Source: Paraspadella gotoi (lineage: Eukaryota; Animalia; Chaetognatha). Taken from it: 64,000 nt of DNA. Positions 12,301 through 27,300 of the stretch are shown here, one piece after another (the stretch's first letter is position 1; each line of letters starts with the position of its first letter). Both the position numbers and the translations under genes were made by a program. The stretch covers positions 14,931,574-14,995,573 of the forward strand of contig CM119263.1 in NCBI GenBank assembly GCA_051294375.1, read 5' to 3'. Under the pieces are notes generated by a model that was not told where the DNA came from, ran no database searches, and worked only from the letters and a program-made list of their open reading frames with translations.

Positions 12301-15300
12301 TCTGAAGTCATAAAACTTTATAATAAATTTCTAGCTTATTTACAATGATTCAATAATCTTAAATATTATTTTAAAAAATCTTAAAAGCATAAGGATCGTC
12401 GCAATCGCATAAGAAAAATCTGGATTGACGACAAATTTTGATACTAAAAAAGAATCAAATTTGAGAAAAAAAAAATTTTTAAACAGAAAGAAAAAGAAGA
12501 AAAGAATAAATATAAAGAAAGAATAGGAAGCAAAGAAAGAATAGAAAGGAAAGAAAGAATAGAAAAGAAAGAATATAAAGGAAAGAAAGAATATAAAGGA
12601 AAGAAAGAATAGAAAGGAAATAAAGAATAAAAAGGAAAGAAAGAAAAATAAAAATCAAGAGAGAGTTACAAGAAGAAAGAATGAAATAAAAACCCAATGT
12701 TGTGATAGCAAAATGATATCACACACTGCAGCTTTAATTTTTTTTTAAGATATAAAATTAGGAAAAAGTTTAAATTGTGATTCGGTAACAAATTTATTTA
12801 ATAATAATAAACGGACATGTTTCGGTTCGGTTTACGAACTTTTTTCAGCGCAGTTAAGGACAGTTATAACAGATATAAAATTATAAAGTACTAACTGACT
12901 TATATTGTGTGCTATACAGTTTTGGCTTATGCTAAAAATTTGATTTTTTGGTTGAGAATTCCTTTTAAGGTATTTTAATAGCCCACAAGGTACAAATTCT
13001 TTATCTCATTAACTACAAAAGTTACAGAAGCTGAAAATATAATTTGTAATTTTTTAAAAATTTATTTTGTTAAAAGAAAATAAAACTCCTGATCTCTCCT
13101 TTTTATGTATAATACAGTATTTTTCCTTACAATGCTTAGATGAAGTGCCATAAGGTTCGTATCCAGAATAAGTTTTTATTATTACAAATGTTAATGTATG
13201 CTGCCACATTATGTTTATGCTGTAAAAATTTGTAGTAATGATTTTTTTATTAATACTATTTAGAGATGAGCATCGTTCGAATCGAAGCTCCGATCAGATT
13301 CACTTTTTATTTCACGCATAGTACTAATCTTTGTTGAATCAAATGAGCTCGATTTTAAAGGAAAGTTGATCGGTTTGAAGAGCGATTTTTGCGATTGCTT
13401 TTTGGCGATTACTTTTGAACGGATTGTCGGATTATGATGAAATTATGCATGTAGATAATGTTTGCAATTGTCTATCGAACGCTACCAAATTTGATATAAA
13501 ACATGAGTTGTTTAGAAACGATGCTCATCCCCATACTATTGTACTTAGAATAAAGGCAGGTCTCAGATTTTTTATGTGAAAAATCCATAAACAGTACTTT
13601 CTCAATACAACCATAAAGAAACCCATTAGGTTGATAATTGTAACTTTTGCAGGAGATCAAATATTTATGTAGTGAAGAGACAGTGATAATTGTTATGTGT
13701 TAGTGATATAACCATTCAATATAAGCAGTCCCTAAGCTTCGGATCAGGCTGTAACACCGTGTTACAGGCGGGTTAAGCGCCTCGTCCCTCTTAACTGCTA
13801 GGCGACCACCAGGCTAGAACAGTGAGGACAGTTATTAAAAATTTCCTCTATTATTTTTATGTCTCCTTCTCTTTCTCTTTTCTCTTTTAATTATATGTAG
13901 CTTTCTCTCTCTCTTTTCCCCAGACTGATTCATCGGGAAAAAAATGAGTCTGCAGCTGGCTCTGCAGGGGCTTTTTCTTTTTCTCTCTTTTCTCCTGCTG
14001 CTTCTGCTGCTGCCTTTTGATTTCTTTATTTTTTTCTGGCTGCCTCTGCTGCTGCCACTGCTGATTCGTCCAAAAACGATTTAGCTTTCTCTCTCTCACT
14101 CTCTCTCCCTCTGCGTTTTTATTAAAAAAAAATTTGAATTAGGATTAAACTCATAAAATTAAGCATCGCATTTGTGCATGTTATCATTTTGCTATCACAA
14201 CATCAGGTTTTTATTTCGGTCTTTCTTCTCGTCACTCTTTATTTTTATTTTTCTTTCTTTCCTTTCTATTCTTTCTTTCCTTTCTATTTTTTATTCCTTT
14301 CTATTCTTTCTTTCCTTTCTTTTATTTCTGTTCTTTCTTTCCTTACTTTTCTTTCTTTGCTTTCTATTCTTTCTTTCTTTTCTATTCTTTCTTTTCTTTC
14401 TATTCTTTTATTCCTTTCTATTTTTTCTTTCCTTTCTATTCTTTTTTTCCATTCTTTCTTTCCTTTATATTCTTTCTTTCCTTTATATTCTTTCTTTCCT
14501 TTTTATTCTTTATTTTCTTTCTATTCTTTTTATATATTTATTCTTTTCTTCTTTTTATAAATTTTTTTTTTCTCAAATTTGATTTTTTTTAGTATAAAAA
14601 TTTGTCAATCCAGATTTTTCTTATGCGATTGCGACGATCCTTATGCTTTTAAGATTTTTTATAGAAAGGTTCACCTGCATAGCATTAAAGCATATTGCAA
14701 AGAAGTTTTTCGTCTTGTATTTCCGTTTTGTTGCATTTATAATAGCACAGTAAATAACAGATCCAATGAACATAATCCACTTAAAAAAGACGGTAGATAA
14801 AAAGATGATGTTTACGTGACTTTCAGATGGGTGAAATATTGTTCGGTGATATTTAAACTTTTGTCTTTGTTCAGATAAGAAACCAGTTTTACGACGCCAT
14901 TTTCGAGAATGTTTTTGCGTCAGGTTTTTACGGTTATAGCGCAGAAACCTTCTGACAGAGGTTTTAGTTTTGCTAACTCGCTCGTGAAGTGCTTCAACGA
15001 CCGGAGCGAATTCTACACCAGCATCGGTAGAGAGAATCGAGTGAATAACATCTTGCTTCAGCAGGAACAGTGAACAAGGAACGTAAGCAAAAACATTTCC
15101 TGTCCAAAATTCCAGAGAGTAATTGTCGGATGAGCCAAGAACTGTGCCTGCTCGCAAAAAGCTCATTTGGTCATTTTCTTCTTCCTGGTCGATTCCCTCC
15201 CTTCCATCGATCTCGCCTTCAAAATGAAAATGTTAAAAAACAAGTTTGAGCAAACAATGTCGGGATCTGCCTACGATAATTTAGCTTTAATCAGCTAATC

Positions 15301-18300
15301 AGATGACAAATCACGATAATTTTTTTCAATTTATGATCTTACCAGATCTCAACGGATCATAACGTAACAAATAATAACAGACTTCTTAATAAATCCATTA
15401 AAAAATCTATAAATCAATTTATCAATCGGTCATTCAACATGTAACTCGCATTCAAGGGATTTATTGATAAAGATAATATCTATATGTTTTGTTTATTATT
15501 TTGTTTGCATCATTGTATCATTTTTAAAAAATTGTTATTATTTTTTTCATTTATTATCAAGCCATGACTTTGGCGCAAGCGGTTCAGGCTTGATTTCATT
15601 TCGGGTGAGGCTTCTTTGTGACGGTCGTCGTTCTAGTCGTCGTCGTCGTCCGTCACGCTGTTTTTATCGAGCCTTGACCGGCGAAGCCGGGTCAGGCTCT
15701 ATAATGTTTTAGGGTTGCTTCTTTGGTAGTAGTCGTCGTCGTCGTCGTCGTCCGTCACGCTGTTTCATATATAAAAACTACTACGCTTTTATAGGTTTGG
15801 CTGTGACTTACCGTTTTTTTAAAATAAAAAATTATTATGAATTATGATAAAGTTTTACAAAAGTGTGCGATCATAGTAAGTTAAAAATTTAGATATGGCT
15901 TTTCATCTTGAAATAGCTGTGATATTTTCATATTACATTTGGATTTAAGTATTTTTTTGTTTGAATTTCCACCTCATTATGATTTACTGCAATATGCAAA
16001 TGAGATTAAAGTACTCCTTATAATATCCAAATTAGTATATAGAAATGCTTTAATCTAATTTACATATTGCAGTATATATTATTGAAGAATGAAATTCAAA
16101 ATTTTGTTTTAAATTTTTAATAAAAATGGGAATTAGAAGCATGTTTTTTGTTAATGAGAAGCTATATCTTAATTTTAATACAAATATAAATTAAATCTTT
16201 TACAAGCTGCGATGGAAAAAATTGGAAAAATTTCCAATTGTAACAATTGTACATATTTTTGCCTTTCTTTTATTTCTTTAAAATTATATATAGATTTTCT
16301 TTCCTATATTTGTCAGTTGCTGCTTTTTCTGAACCCTTAAAAAACGAGTTCAGGTTCTGCAGTGACTGTTCAGCTGGCTTCCAGCTTTCTCTTCTTTCTG
16401 TCTCTTTGTCTCTCTTTCTCTCTCTTTCTGTCTTTCTGTCTCTCTCACTCTGTACGATCGTTCGTTTTTTGAAAAATTCTGATTATTTTTTTCCTTCTCA
16501 AAACTTTTATTATCGCCATTTATTCCGCGCTTTTTTTTTCAATACAAAATCCCAAATTTAATATCTGAGATAACGAGGCAACGGATAACCGATATAAACG
16601 AGAGTGACCTAATAATGCGTCTCGTTGGTGGGAAAGTCTCTCTCTCTCTCTCTCTTTCTCACTCTCCCTTTCTTTCCCTCTCTCTCTCTCTCTCCTCTAT
16701 CTCTCTCTCTCTTTTTTTCCTTCTAAAACTTTTATTATCGCCATTTATTCCGCGCTTTTTTCTCAATATCAAAATCACAATTTACATCCGAGATTTTCGT
16801 GATTTTTTTTCTAAAAATTCTGATTATTCTTTATATAAACACGAGAGAGACCTAATAATGCGTTTCGTTGGCGGGAAAACTGTCCAGCCTCTCTCTCTCC
16901 TCTCTCTCTCTCTTTCACTCATACACGCATTTGTTTGTTTTATTTACGATGAATGATTCAGACGCGTCAATGAATCACTATCATCGCATCAATGAATGAC
17001 TATCATCGTATCAATGAATGATTATCATCATATCAATGAATGACTATCATCGCATCAATCATTTGATTATCATCACATCAGTCATTTTGTTATCATCGCA
17101 TCAATTATTGGTTATCATCGCGTCAATATTTGGTTATCATCGCATCAATATTTGGTTATCATCGCATCAATATTTGGTTACTATCGAAAGCGGCTCGATC
17201 TTTATGCTTTTTTTTTTTTTTTTTTTTTTTTTTTTCAATTTTAACCCGTTTTTTTTTTTTTTTTTTTTTATTAATACCAAAAACAGTATTGACATAATCA
17301 TAACAGTAATAGTGTAAAAGACTGGAAAACTAAACTATGTATTGAAATTCAATAAAAACAAAACCCTAACATTTAAAAGACTGGAAAACAAGTAAAAACT
17401 AAACTACATATTGAAATTCATAAAAACAAAGACACTAACGTTTAAAATCATTAATAAATGTTATGAACTAATTCATAAGAAACTATAAAAAATAACGTTC
17501 AAGAACGCAAGACTGCTTTTAAGATTTTTCTATATAAAAACTACTACGCTTTTATAGGTTTGGCTGTGACTTACCGTTTTTTTTTAAATAAAAATTATTA
17601 TGAATTATGATAAAGTTTTACAAAAGTGTGCATTCATAGTAAGTTAAAAATTAGATATGGCTTCTCATCTTGAAATAGCTTTGATATTTTCTTATTACAT
17701 TTGGATTTAAGTATTTTTTGTTTGAATTTCCACTTCATTATGATTTACTGCAATATGCAAATGAGATTATAGTACTCATTATCATATCCAAATTAGTATA
17801 TAGAAATGCTTTAATCTAATTTACAATTGCAGTATAAATATTGAAGATGAAATTAAAAAAAAAATTTTTAAATCTCTAATAAAAATGGGAACAAAATAAC
17901 TTTTTAATGAGAAGCTATATCTTAATTTAATACAAATAAAAATAAAATCTTTTACAAGCTGCGATTGGAAAAAATTGGAAAAATTTCAAATTGTAAACCA
18001 TTGTAACATTTTTTGCCTTTCTTTTTATTTCTTTTATTCTTTTATTTCAGAAAAAAGAGTTTCTGCAGTTTCTGCACTGACTGTACAGCGGCCTTCAAGC
18101 AGCTGTCCAGCTTTGTCTCTCTTTTCTCTCTCTTTCTCTTTCTGTCTCTTTCTCTCTTTACGATCTCTTGCGTGATCGTTCTTTTTTGGAAAAATTATGA
18201 TTATGTTTTCTTTCTAAAAACTTTTATTCGGGGCTTTTTTCTCATTACAAAATCCCAAATTTACATCCGAGATTTCGTGGATACATTTTTAAAAAAGTGA

Positions 18301-21300
18301 AGAATAACTTATATTGACATGCATTGTCACATATAAATCAGCTAATGTGACTTATTATATATGCAGCCACTTTTCGCCGAACAATATGCATTACATTTAA
18401 AAAAAGTAAATTTGTATTTATTTATTATTGTAACTTTGAACCGGTTGGCCACTATTGGCAAATTATATCTAAAATAGGAGTTGATAAGAGAGATATAGTC
18501 AAATTAAACATTACTTTTTTTGTTATTCTGATAATTTATACTATTATTAAATTTATAAATATTTTTAGTGTATATATTTAATCATTTTTATCTTTTTTTA
18601 AATAATAATTAAGTAAAAAAAATATTGGAAGTCAAAAATATCATAGTCGTTAACTGAGTATTTTCAACTATATATTTTGTTAATAGGGATTATAATTTTT
18701 GGATCATTATTATTGAAAAGAGTTTAGTTTTTTTCTTCTGAATAGGGGTAGCCCCTCTCAATGGGGTGAATCAAAAATTTAGTATGGGAACATGCTCAAA
18801 ACGAAAATTTATGCATTTTTAAGTTTACTTTCAATGTACAAAAAAATTCTTATATGGCTCTATACCCAAATATTTATTTTGTAATATTTTTTAATAGAAA
18901 GGAAAAGAGTTCGTCCTCCTCATATTCGTCGGAAAATGAGTTCAGTTCTGCAGCGGCGGTCCAGCGGCGGTCCAGCGGCTGTCCAGCTTCTTCTCTCTCT
19001 CTTCTCTCTCTCTCTCTCTCTCTCTTTTTTTCCTTCTAAAAAACTTTTATTATCGCCATTTATTCGCGCTTTTTTCTCAATACAAAATCCCAAATTTACA
19101 TCCGAGATTTTCGTGGATTTTTTCCCTAAAAATTCTGAATTATTCTTTATATAAACGAGAGAGACCTAATAATGCGTTTCGTTGGCGGAAAAACTGTCCA
19201 GCCTCTCTCTCTCTCTCTCTCTCTCTTCTCTTTCACTCATCCACGCATTTGTTTGTTTTATTTACGATGAATGATTCATCCGCGTCAATGATACTATCAT
19301 CGCATCAATGAATGACTATCATCATGGCTTAATCCTTATGCTTTTAAGATTTTATTATTTTATAATTTGTATTATTCTTTTTAGTTTGCTTGGTTTAACT
19401 TACCTAATTTATAAAAAATACAATTTATGTATTACAATGTATGGCCATTTACAATCAGCCACTAAGCAAAAATTTAAAATATCGTGATCCTGCCTGCAAA
19501 AGACCTATTAAAATTAAATCATGAAAAAAAAAATATTAAAAGAATAGTGATCTCGCCAGAAAAAAAAAAGAAAATTAATGAAAAAATACAGAGAAAAAAA
19601 TGAATGATTGATGCGATGATAGTCATTCATTGACGTGATGAAAACTGATGATAGTCATTCATTGATGCGATGATAGTCATTCATTGACACATTGAATCAT
19701 TCATCATAAATAAAACAACCAAATGCGTGTATGAGTGAAAGAGAGAAAGAAAGAAATCTCGGATGTAAATTTGGGATTTTGCATTGAGAAAAAAGCGCGG
19801 ATTAAATTGCGATAATAAAAGTTTTTAAAAAGAAAAAAATAAACAAATTTTTTAAAAAAACGCTGGAAAGCAGCTGTACAGTCACTGCAGACCCTGAACC
19901 TGTTTTTAAAGGGTTCAGAAAAGACAGCAACTGACAAAAATAAGAAAAAAATATATATATAATTTAAAGAAAGGGAAACAAGTTACAATTGTTTACAAAT
20001 AGAAATTGTTACTTTTTTTCTAATCATAGCTTGTAAAAGATTTTATTTTTATTTGTATTAAAATTAAGATATAGCTTCTCATTAAAAAGGTTTTTTGATT
20101 TAACATGTTTTTTATTGATTCAAAAATTTTTTTATGAATTTCATCTTCATTATTATTTACTGCAATATGTAAATTAGATTAAAGCATTTCTATATAATAA
20201 TTTGGATATTAAATTGAAAAGAAAATAGGTCACCTTTAACCATTGATACAATCTTAAGAGCTACAGACTCCTGAGATGGTGATATCCGCCGTTGCTCCTC
20301 ACAAGACAATATCTTCAACAAGCCTTCCTTGAGAATTACAATCGATGAAACTACCTGAAACGTCATTTCTTGTCATAACAAGAACTATTAAAAAGTATTT
20401 GTAAAAACAAAAAAACCTGGTGATCTCGGAACAGAAGTTCTCCTTTTGGAAGCACCTGTTAAAACATTTAAATTTAATCAAAATCAAGGGTAGTGTATTT
20501 CACAAAAAATTTAAAAATGCTTTGTTCATTCGATTGTTTTAAGCCTAACGAAGTGTACTTTAATCGTTAATTGCAAGTTTGATTTTTAAACATTTGAATT
20601 TGGAGTTAACTTTCTGCCTTGTTACTGCTGTCAAGGATATTCAACCAAAATTTTTGAAAACGCTTTTTTCTAACTAGAAATTCATTGTAGTATTGGATTC
20701 ACCTATATTTGAACGTCAATTACTTATGAGTGGAAAGGGCGATTTACTTGAAATTTTGTATAAGTGGAAATGAGTTTAAATAGAAAAAACAAAAAACCTG
20801 TTTCACTAATTGATTATGCTTCTTTTTATTTTTATATTAAATGTAAATTAATGAATTAATTAATGAAATAATTAATAAATAAATTGATTATTCAATCAAT
20901 CAATTTATCTATTAATTAATTATTTAACCAATCAATTTATTCAATCAATCAAGTCAATCGTTTTTGGCATTATTGTCGTCGCCATCATCGTTGTTGCTTT
21001 TGTCGTGGTCAGTGACCAAAAGACCTAAAAACAAACATTTGGGGTCAAATTAATTAATTTATTAATTACCTAATTAATTAATTAAGTTCCGCTAATGATC
21101 GTGGGCATACCCGACATTGTTTGCTCAAACTTGGTTTTTAATTTCTTATACTTGTATTACTATAAAAACTTTTTGGTAAAATTTTTTATTCATCGACTAG
21201 AAGTTTTGCTAATTATGAGTAACAATGTAAAAAAAAAACATAACTACCAAAACCCCAGAAACACTCCATAAACTACCCCTAATCCTAAACCCCCTTCATC

Positions 21301-24300
21301 CCTGTCGTTTAGTATATTAAAGCTAAGGTAGGATGGACAGGTAAGCATATCTTTTTTTGGTATAATTTTTGTTGATTTAAATAACCGACAAACCATCAAA
21401 GTGAATTAGAGAGCCGGGACTGCTTTGAGCAGATCCTACTTATAAAGGAATTTTGTTTCATCAAGTCCACGAGGAGTCGGGTAGGAAATGAGGAAATTTT
21501 AGGCTTTGAATTTATTAACTAGAGCCTCTCCTCCAACTCATGCCTCATCACTGGCAAAGTCGCCTGAACCCTGGCCCCTGACGACATGGAAAAAGTCGCC
21601 AACCAACAAGAAACGTGCGTTATGGTTCAGTTGGATAATTTTTTTTCATTAATTGATTAAAAAAAGTCTTGAGAAATGTCTACCTTTAGTACCGTTACCT
21701 GCCACTCTACATTAGCAGCGAGGAGGCGGAGTTGACCTTCGGTGAATTTTTGAAGGATCCCCATTTGCCGAAAAGTATCTTCTATAGCCGATTTAAAAAT
21801 CTTGCAAAAAGTAAAGTCATTCAAGTGCAGTCGCTCGCTCCTGTAAAAATGAAATAAACACACATGAATGAATAATTATTAAATTGGTTTTTCCAATTTC
21901 AGTTGCGCCTCGAGTGCTCGCGGAGCAACTCTTTTTCATTCGGTCGGTCGGTATGTCTGTCCGTCGGTCTGTCCCACTTACGTTAAAATGCATGAAAAAT
22001 AGCAAGATTACATGTTTTACTAAATTAGACTTTAAAATTTAATATTAAAATTAAACGTAAAAATTTAATAAATTTTACTATATATTAGATTTAAGAGTAT
22101 TGTCTTTTATTTTTGATTTTTGACTTTTTTGAGATGGGAACTGAGTAATTCACCAAACTCATCTTATTTGAAAATATTAATTTTTTTAGTTATTCAATTA
22201 TTATTATTATTAAATGTAAATGCAAGATGCATTAATTAATCTAATAGTTAATCAGTTAATTAATCAATTACCTAATTAATTAATTAACTTGACTTAATTA
22301 TTTACCGACATTGTTTGCTCAAACTTGTTCTTATGTCTAACTTGTGTGTTCTTATGTTATTCGTTCTATCGCAATTCCCAACGTTAGTTCCATCACCAAA
22401 TACTTAACTTGATCTTGGGACAATGTCCGCATGGTTTGCCTCATCATTTGCCCGATCCTTTGCCCGATCCATTCCCGGATCTTTCCTTGATCCTTAACAC
22501 TACTCTCTCTCTCCTCCTCAATGAATCGCTCCTCTTTTATTATACCTATTTTTTTATTTTTAAATTACATTAGGTCGTTGTGGTAGAAAATTTTGCTTTT
22601 ACAATCAAGTGATTTATTTGAAAATTGCTTTTAAAAACGAAATTTACTTTATAAATTAGTCATATCGGATTGGTGTAAAATAATTCATTTTGAAAATCAT
22701 TTTGATATTTACTTTTGAAGCGGAAGTTTACGGAAGATCTCCCGAATATATTACTGGAGTCTCTTAAGAAATTGACAGTTATTTTTATGATACCAGCACC
22801 AAATTTGGTACACAGCTTCTTTGATCTGCAACTCTTCCGATAATATAATATATAGGTTCCCAACTAATGACCTTCCCATTGTATAAACATAAAAGATAAA
22901 AAAATATTCAAAAATGAAATAATTAAAAAATAGGATAAAGAAAAAATTTAAATTTCATTAAAGTATTTTAAATTTATATTCATGACATAAAGGTGCCCCT
23001 ATAGACCTTTCCCCAGTATGTTTCCCCATCAGAACATACGATTCTACTTCGTAGTCTTATTAGTAAAAAAATCATATATAACTTTGGTCCCCCTTCAAAA
23101 AATTATCCATTCCCACCCCTTTTTGTTCAGCCTATTAGATATTATGATTTTTCATTAATGACTTTCTAACAGGAATGATGTGTGATATCTATTAGAAAAC
23201 TAGGACAGATTGTAATTTAATGCTCCCTCTATTTCCAGAAGACAACACTGACTTTCCCTTCCCAAAATGAATTATTAGATATAATGATAAGTAAAATATT
23301 TTTAAGAAAGCAATACATATATATTTAAAAAATATAGATTAAATAGTAAATCCTTCATAAAATATAAAAATAGAAAAAAGTGAAACAAGTAATTTGCAAA
23401 TTTTCATAAAATGGCGTAGAATGCATCATTTTCAGAATCGCAAGGAGATGAGCTTTTTTAATCTGGAATTCATCTTTATGTGCTTTTTTAAAGTTTTAAA
23501 TTTATTTTTAATTATTAAAACTTGCTTAACATGAACCAATAAAAGAATCCCAACTTTTCCTATTTTTGTTACTATACCTTACTATATGGCACTTAGATGC
23601 AAAATTTATTTCCTCGCTTTGCATAACTCGCGAAATTTCATGTTTATGAAAACCGTGGTGCTTAAGATAAGCTCTCTGTGCGGTTATGTGGCGAAAGAAT
23701 GCTGCTTGATCTTCACAGAAGTCAATCCGAATTGAAACAATCCTGAGAATCATGAAAACAAAGTATGGTAATCGCGAAGTTTTAAGCAACAGTGACTATT
23801 TCATGATATCTAATTTCAGGGTGGTCACGTGACAACATAATTATGATACCATATCTGATATGAATGACTAAAATATCTCAATTTAACATAATACAGATGT
23901 GGTCAAAAAAAGTTTAAACATTGAACCCTTTTCTATCTCGCTTATCTGTAGTTTTATTAATTAAAATTTGGGTTTATTTGAAAGATTAGACAAAGATCGT
24001 TTATTCAAGCCCATGATGAGGTTTTTAGGCTAAATATTATAGGAGCTGTGCTAAAATAAAAAAAAGATCAAAATTTTATTTTACAATTTTTTTTTGTTTG
24101 CATGAAAAATTTTTTTATTCATCTTTGTTTTTTTTGTTTTTTTTTGTTTTTTTTGTTTTTTGCCATAGAAACTTCAAAACTGCTAACCCCCAAAGATCAA
24201 GCTGCAATTTTTAAGCTTTGGAAGGCAGGTTTTTTAAGATAGGATTGCCAACCAGTTGAATTTCTCTCTTCCCGCCATCTGCAGAATTGTCAAAAAATTT

Positions 24301-27300
24301 GAAACAACTGGAGACCTTGGATGTGCTGTTAGAAGCGGGTGGCCTTGCATAAGGGAGTGGTCTTTTTATACAATTGAAACATTCTTTGAAATATTATACT
24401 TCTTCATTAATAAGAAAACCAATTATTCTAGGAGTAAATAAACGAGACTGTAAGAGAGTCTAGATTGAAAGCTTGCAGGGACCTGCTATGTCATTATCTT
24501 GTAAGAGTGATGGAAGCCTTAAACCACCAAAGCCTGTCCAAATTCAGGGGCAAGATAGCTTATTTAGTAAATAAATAAATAATTTTTATATTAGTTGTAC
24601 CAATTTCACAAAATTCAGCTGGGGGGAGTATAATATAGTATTGCCCGATCTAATACTTAAGGGAGTGGTCTTTTTATACAATTAAAATATTTTTAAAAAT
24701 ATTATACGACTTCATTGATAGGAAAGCCAGGTACTCTGGGAGTAAAAAACAAGACTGTGAAAGAATCATGATTAATGGTATGTCATTATCTTGTAAAAGT
24801 GATTGAAGCCTTAAACCACCAAAATCGGTCCAAAATCAGGGGCAAGATAGCTTATTTATTAAATGAATAAATAATTTTTATATTGGCTGTACCAATTTCA
24901 TATCCACGGAGAGCAAGAACGATGACCTGGAAAGTCTCGCAATTCAAGACCGTAAGGCTTCTGCAAACCAATTAAAAAAATTGAAGAGAATAAAGAGGAA
25001 TTATTACCAATCATTCAACAGTAAATAGGCGCTTTTTATGGAGGATGGAACTTCTGGACATAAAGCCAAAGCTACCTAAAAATGGTGCTCGAAGACTGGC
25101 ACAGAAACTCACCTGACTGCAACATCATTGAAAACATCTGGTAAAGATAAAAAAAGACATTTTGCAATACAACGCCACAACAGTCGACGAAATAAAAAAA
25201 AAAAACAATTGGCAGAAGCTAAACCCTTCATATTTGTGCAGCCTCTATAACTCTCTCCCTCGTTGCATGGAAGTGGTGCTGGAAGCAAATGGTAGTCCGA
25301 CAACGTATTAGTTAACTGAATCCTAAAAAGTGTTGTTTTCCTTTAAATAGTAAAAAAAAAAGCTTTTATCATAACTATTAAACTTTTTTTGGACCATATA
25401 TGTATATGCAACATTTATTTTTTTAATAAGAAAACAACAAAAGCAAGGTTTAAGCAAAATAAGAGCAGTATAGGAAACAGTCTTAACTTGTCTTATTTTA
25501 AAGATACCAACAATCAATCGTACTTTGTTACATTTTATTTGAAATTAATCTGAATAGTTAATTACTTGCATAAAATGAAGCTTCTGAAAAAGACTGCCAC
25601 AAAAAGACCAATAAGGTTGACAAAGAGATCCTCTGTAAACGCTGAGTTGATATCACCTAGTCCTAAGGTTCCAACCACCTGAGACGCCCAATAGACTGCA
25701 ATCACGTAGTAGTTTAGAAGCTCAACATGGTTAGTCTGAATCCAGATAGGCGTAGTACCTTCATGTAGCGTTAACTGCTGAAAACTGTTAAAAGGTCTGA
25801 ATTCAGCTTGTTATTTGTACTTGATTAATTATACTGAATTAATGTTTTTTATACCCTACTTTATATGCAGTGTAATCATGCACCAACCCGTTTTTATCTC
25901 GCCAGCCTTTTAGGCTTGGGCGAGACAATCTTTTACTTCTTTTGGCTCAGCAATTTACAAAATGGATCAGGGAGATAACATGTTTGAGCAAACTTTTTAA
26001 CCTACACTCAAAATTTTTAAAAGCTAAAAGGTGACGAAAGCACAGAGGGACCGAACTCAATTTTTTTGCATAATTTATCATAATTAAATTTTCTGAGACA
26101 ATTTATGTGGTTTACTCACAAGATTATCAAGGTGGACCAACGGATTTTTAGTCGGATCTGCTTATCAGCAGATTCCGACTCTATAATCCACTTTGTCGAT
26201 CCGTTGGTCCAACCCCAAAATCATTTCAGAACATCAGAACATCTAATTATAATAAATTATGCAAAAAAAAAAAGTGTCGGTCCATCCGTCCGTTCTGTCT
26301 ATCTGTCGGTCCCCCCTTAGCACAAAACTCTAGGAAAGTGTATGATTGAGGCTTTGAGCTGGATATAAAGTTTCGATGGAATCGTGCGAGTGGAGTTTAA
26401 ATGGAAAAAACATAAGTCACATTAACTTAAATCTTTTTACTAATTTTAACCCATAATTACTCGAATTAATTATAATTAGATGGATAGATTGAGATTAAAT
26501 TTTGTGTGTGGAAGCTGGATATAAAGTTTAGATGGAATTGTGAAAGTGGAAATGAGTTTAAATGGAAAAAACATAAGTCACTTTTAGTGGAATCTTTTTA
26601 ATAATTTTAATCTATAATTAATCGATTTATTCATAATTTGATGGATAGAATGGGATGAAATTTTGTGTGGATAAAATTTCGTTGGAATCGAGGAGTGGAA
26701 ATGAGTTGGCATGGAAAAAACCAAAGTCAAGTTGACTTGAATTTTTATTATTTATGCTTACTCATGAATGTTTTAATTAACTAATTAATCAATTAATTAA
26801 GTGAAAAAATGATGCAATTTGAAAAAATGATGTAAGTTAAAAAAATTATGCATATTGAAAAAATGATGCAAGTTGAAAGATTGTTGCAAGTTGAAAGAAT
26901 GATGCAAATTGAAAGAATGATGCAAGTTGAAAGAATGATGCAAGTTAAAAAAATGATGCAAGTTTAAAAAAAGATGCAAGTTTAAAAAATGATGCGAGTA
27001 AAAAAATGATGCAAGTGGAAAAAATAATAATAGTTACAATATTTGTACTTTATTTGTAATTATTTCTTCTATAGTATTTATTTAATTATTTTTTTAGCTG
27101 ATTACCGCTTAATTATCGTGGGCAGATCCAGCATTGTTTGCTCAAACTTGTTTTCAGATTTTTTACCCTGGTACAAAAATTCCTAACGTTTTTATCTCCC
27201 AATTGTTCAGCTTAATGACTTTCTTTTTTATGTGCTTATAAAAGTCATTTTCAAATTTTGGAAATCTAAAATTTATGCATTTGTTATAAAATATGTGTTT

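Noticed and set aside
14172-14582. Phe/Leu/Ser-rich 'membrane protein' ORFs (also at 12.5, 36.8, 38.4, 40.8 and 43.7 kb)
   Set aside because: These are translations of purine/pyrimidine minisatellites and low-complexity DNA.
16950-17190. CRISPR-like array
   Set aside because: It is a contiguous 21-bp minisatellite without unique spacers, in a eukaryotic context.
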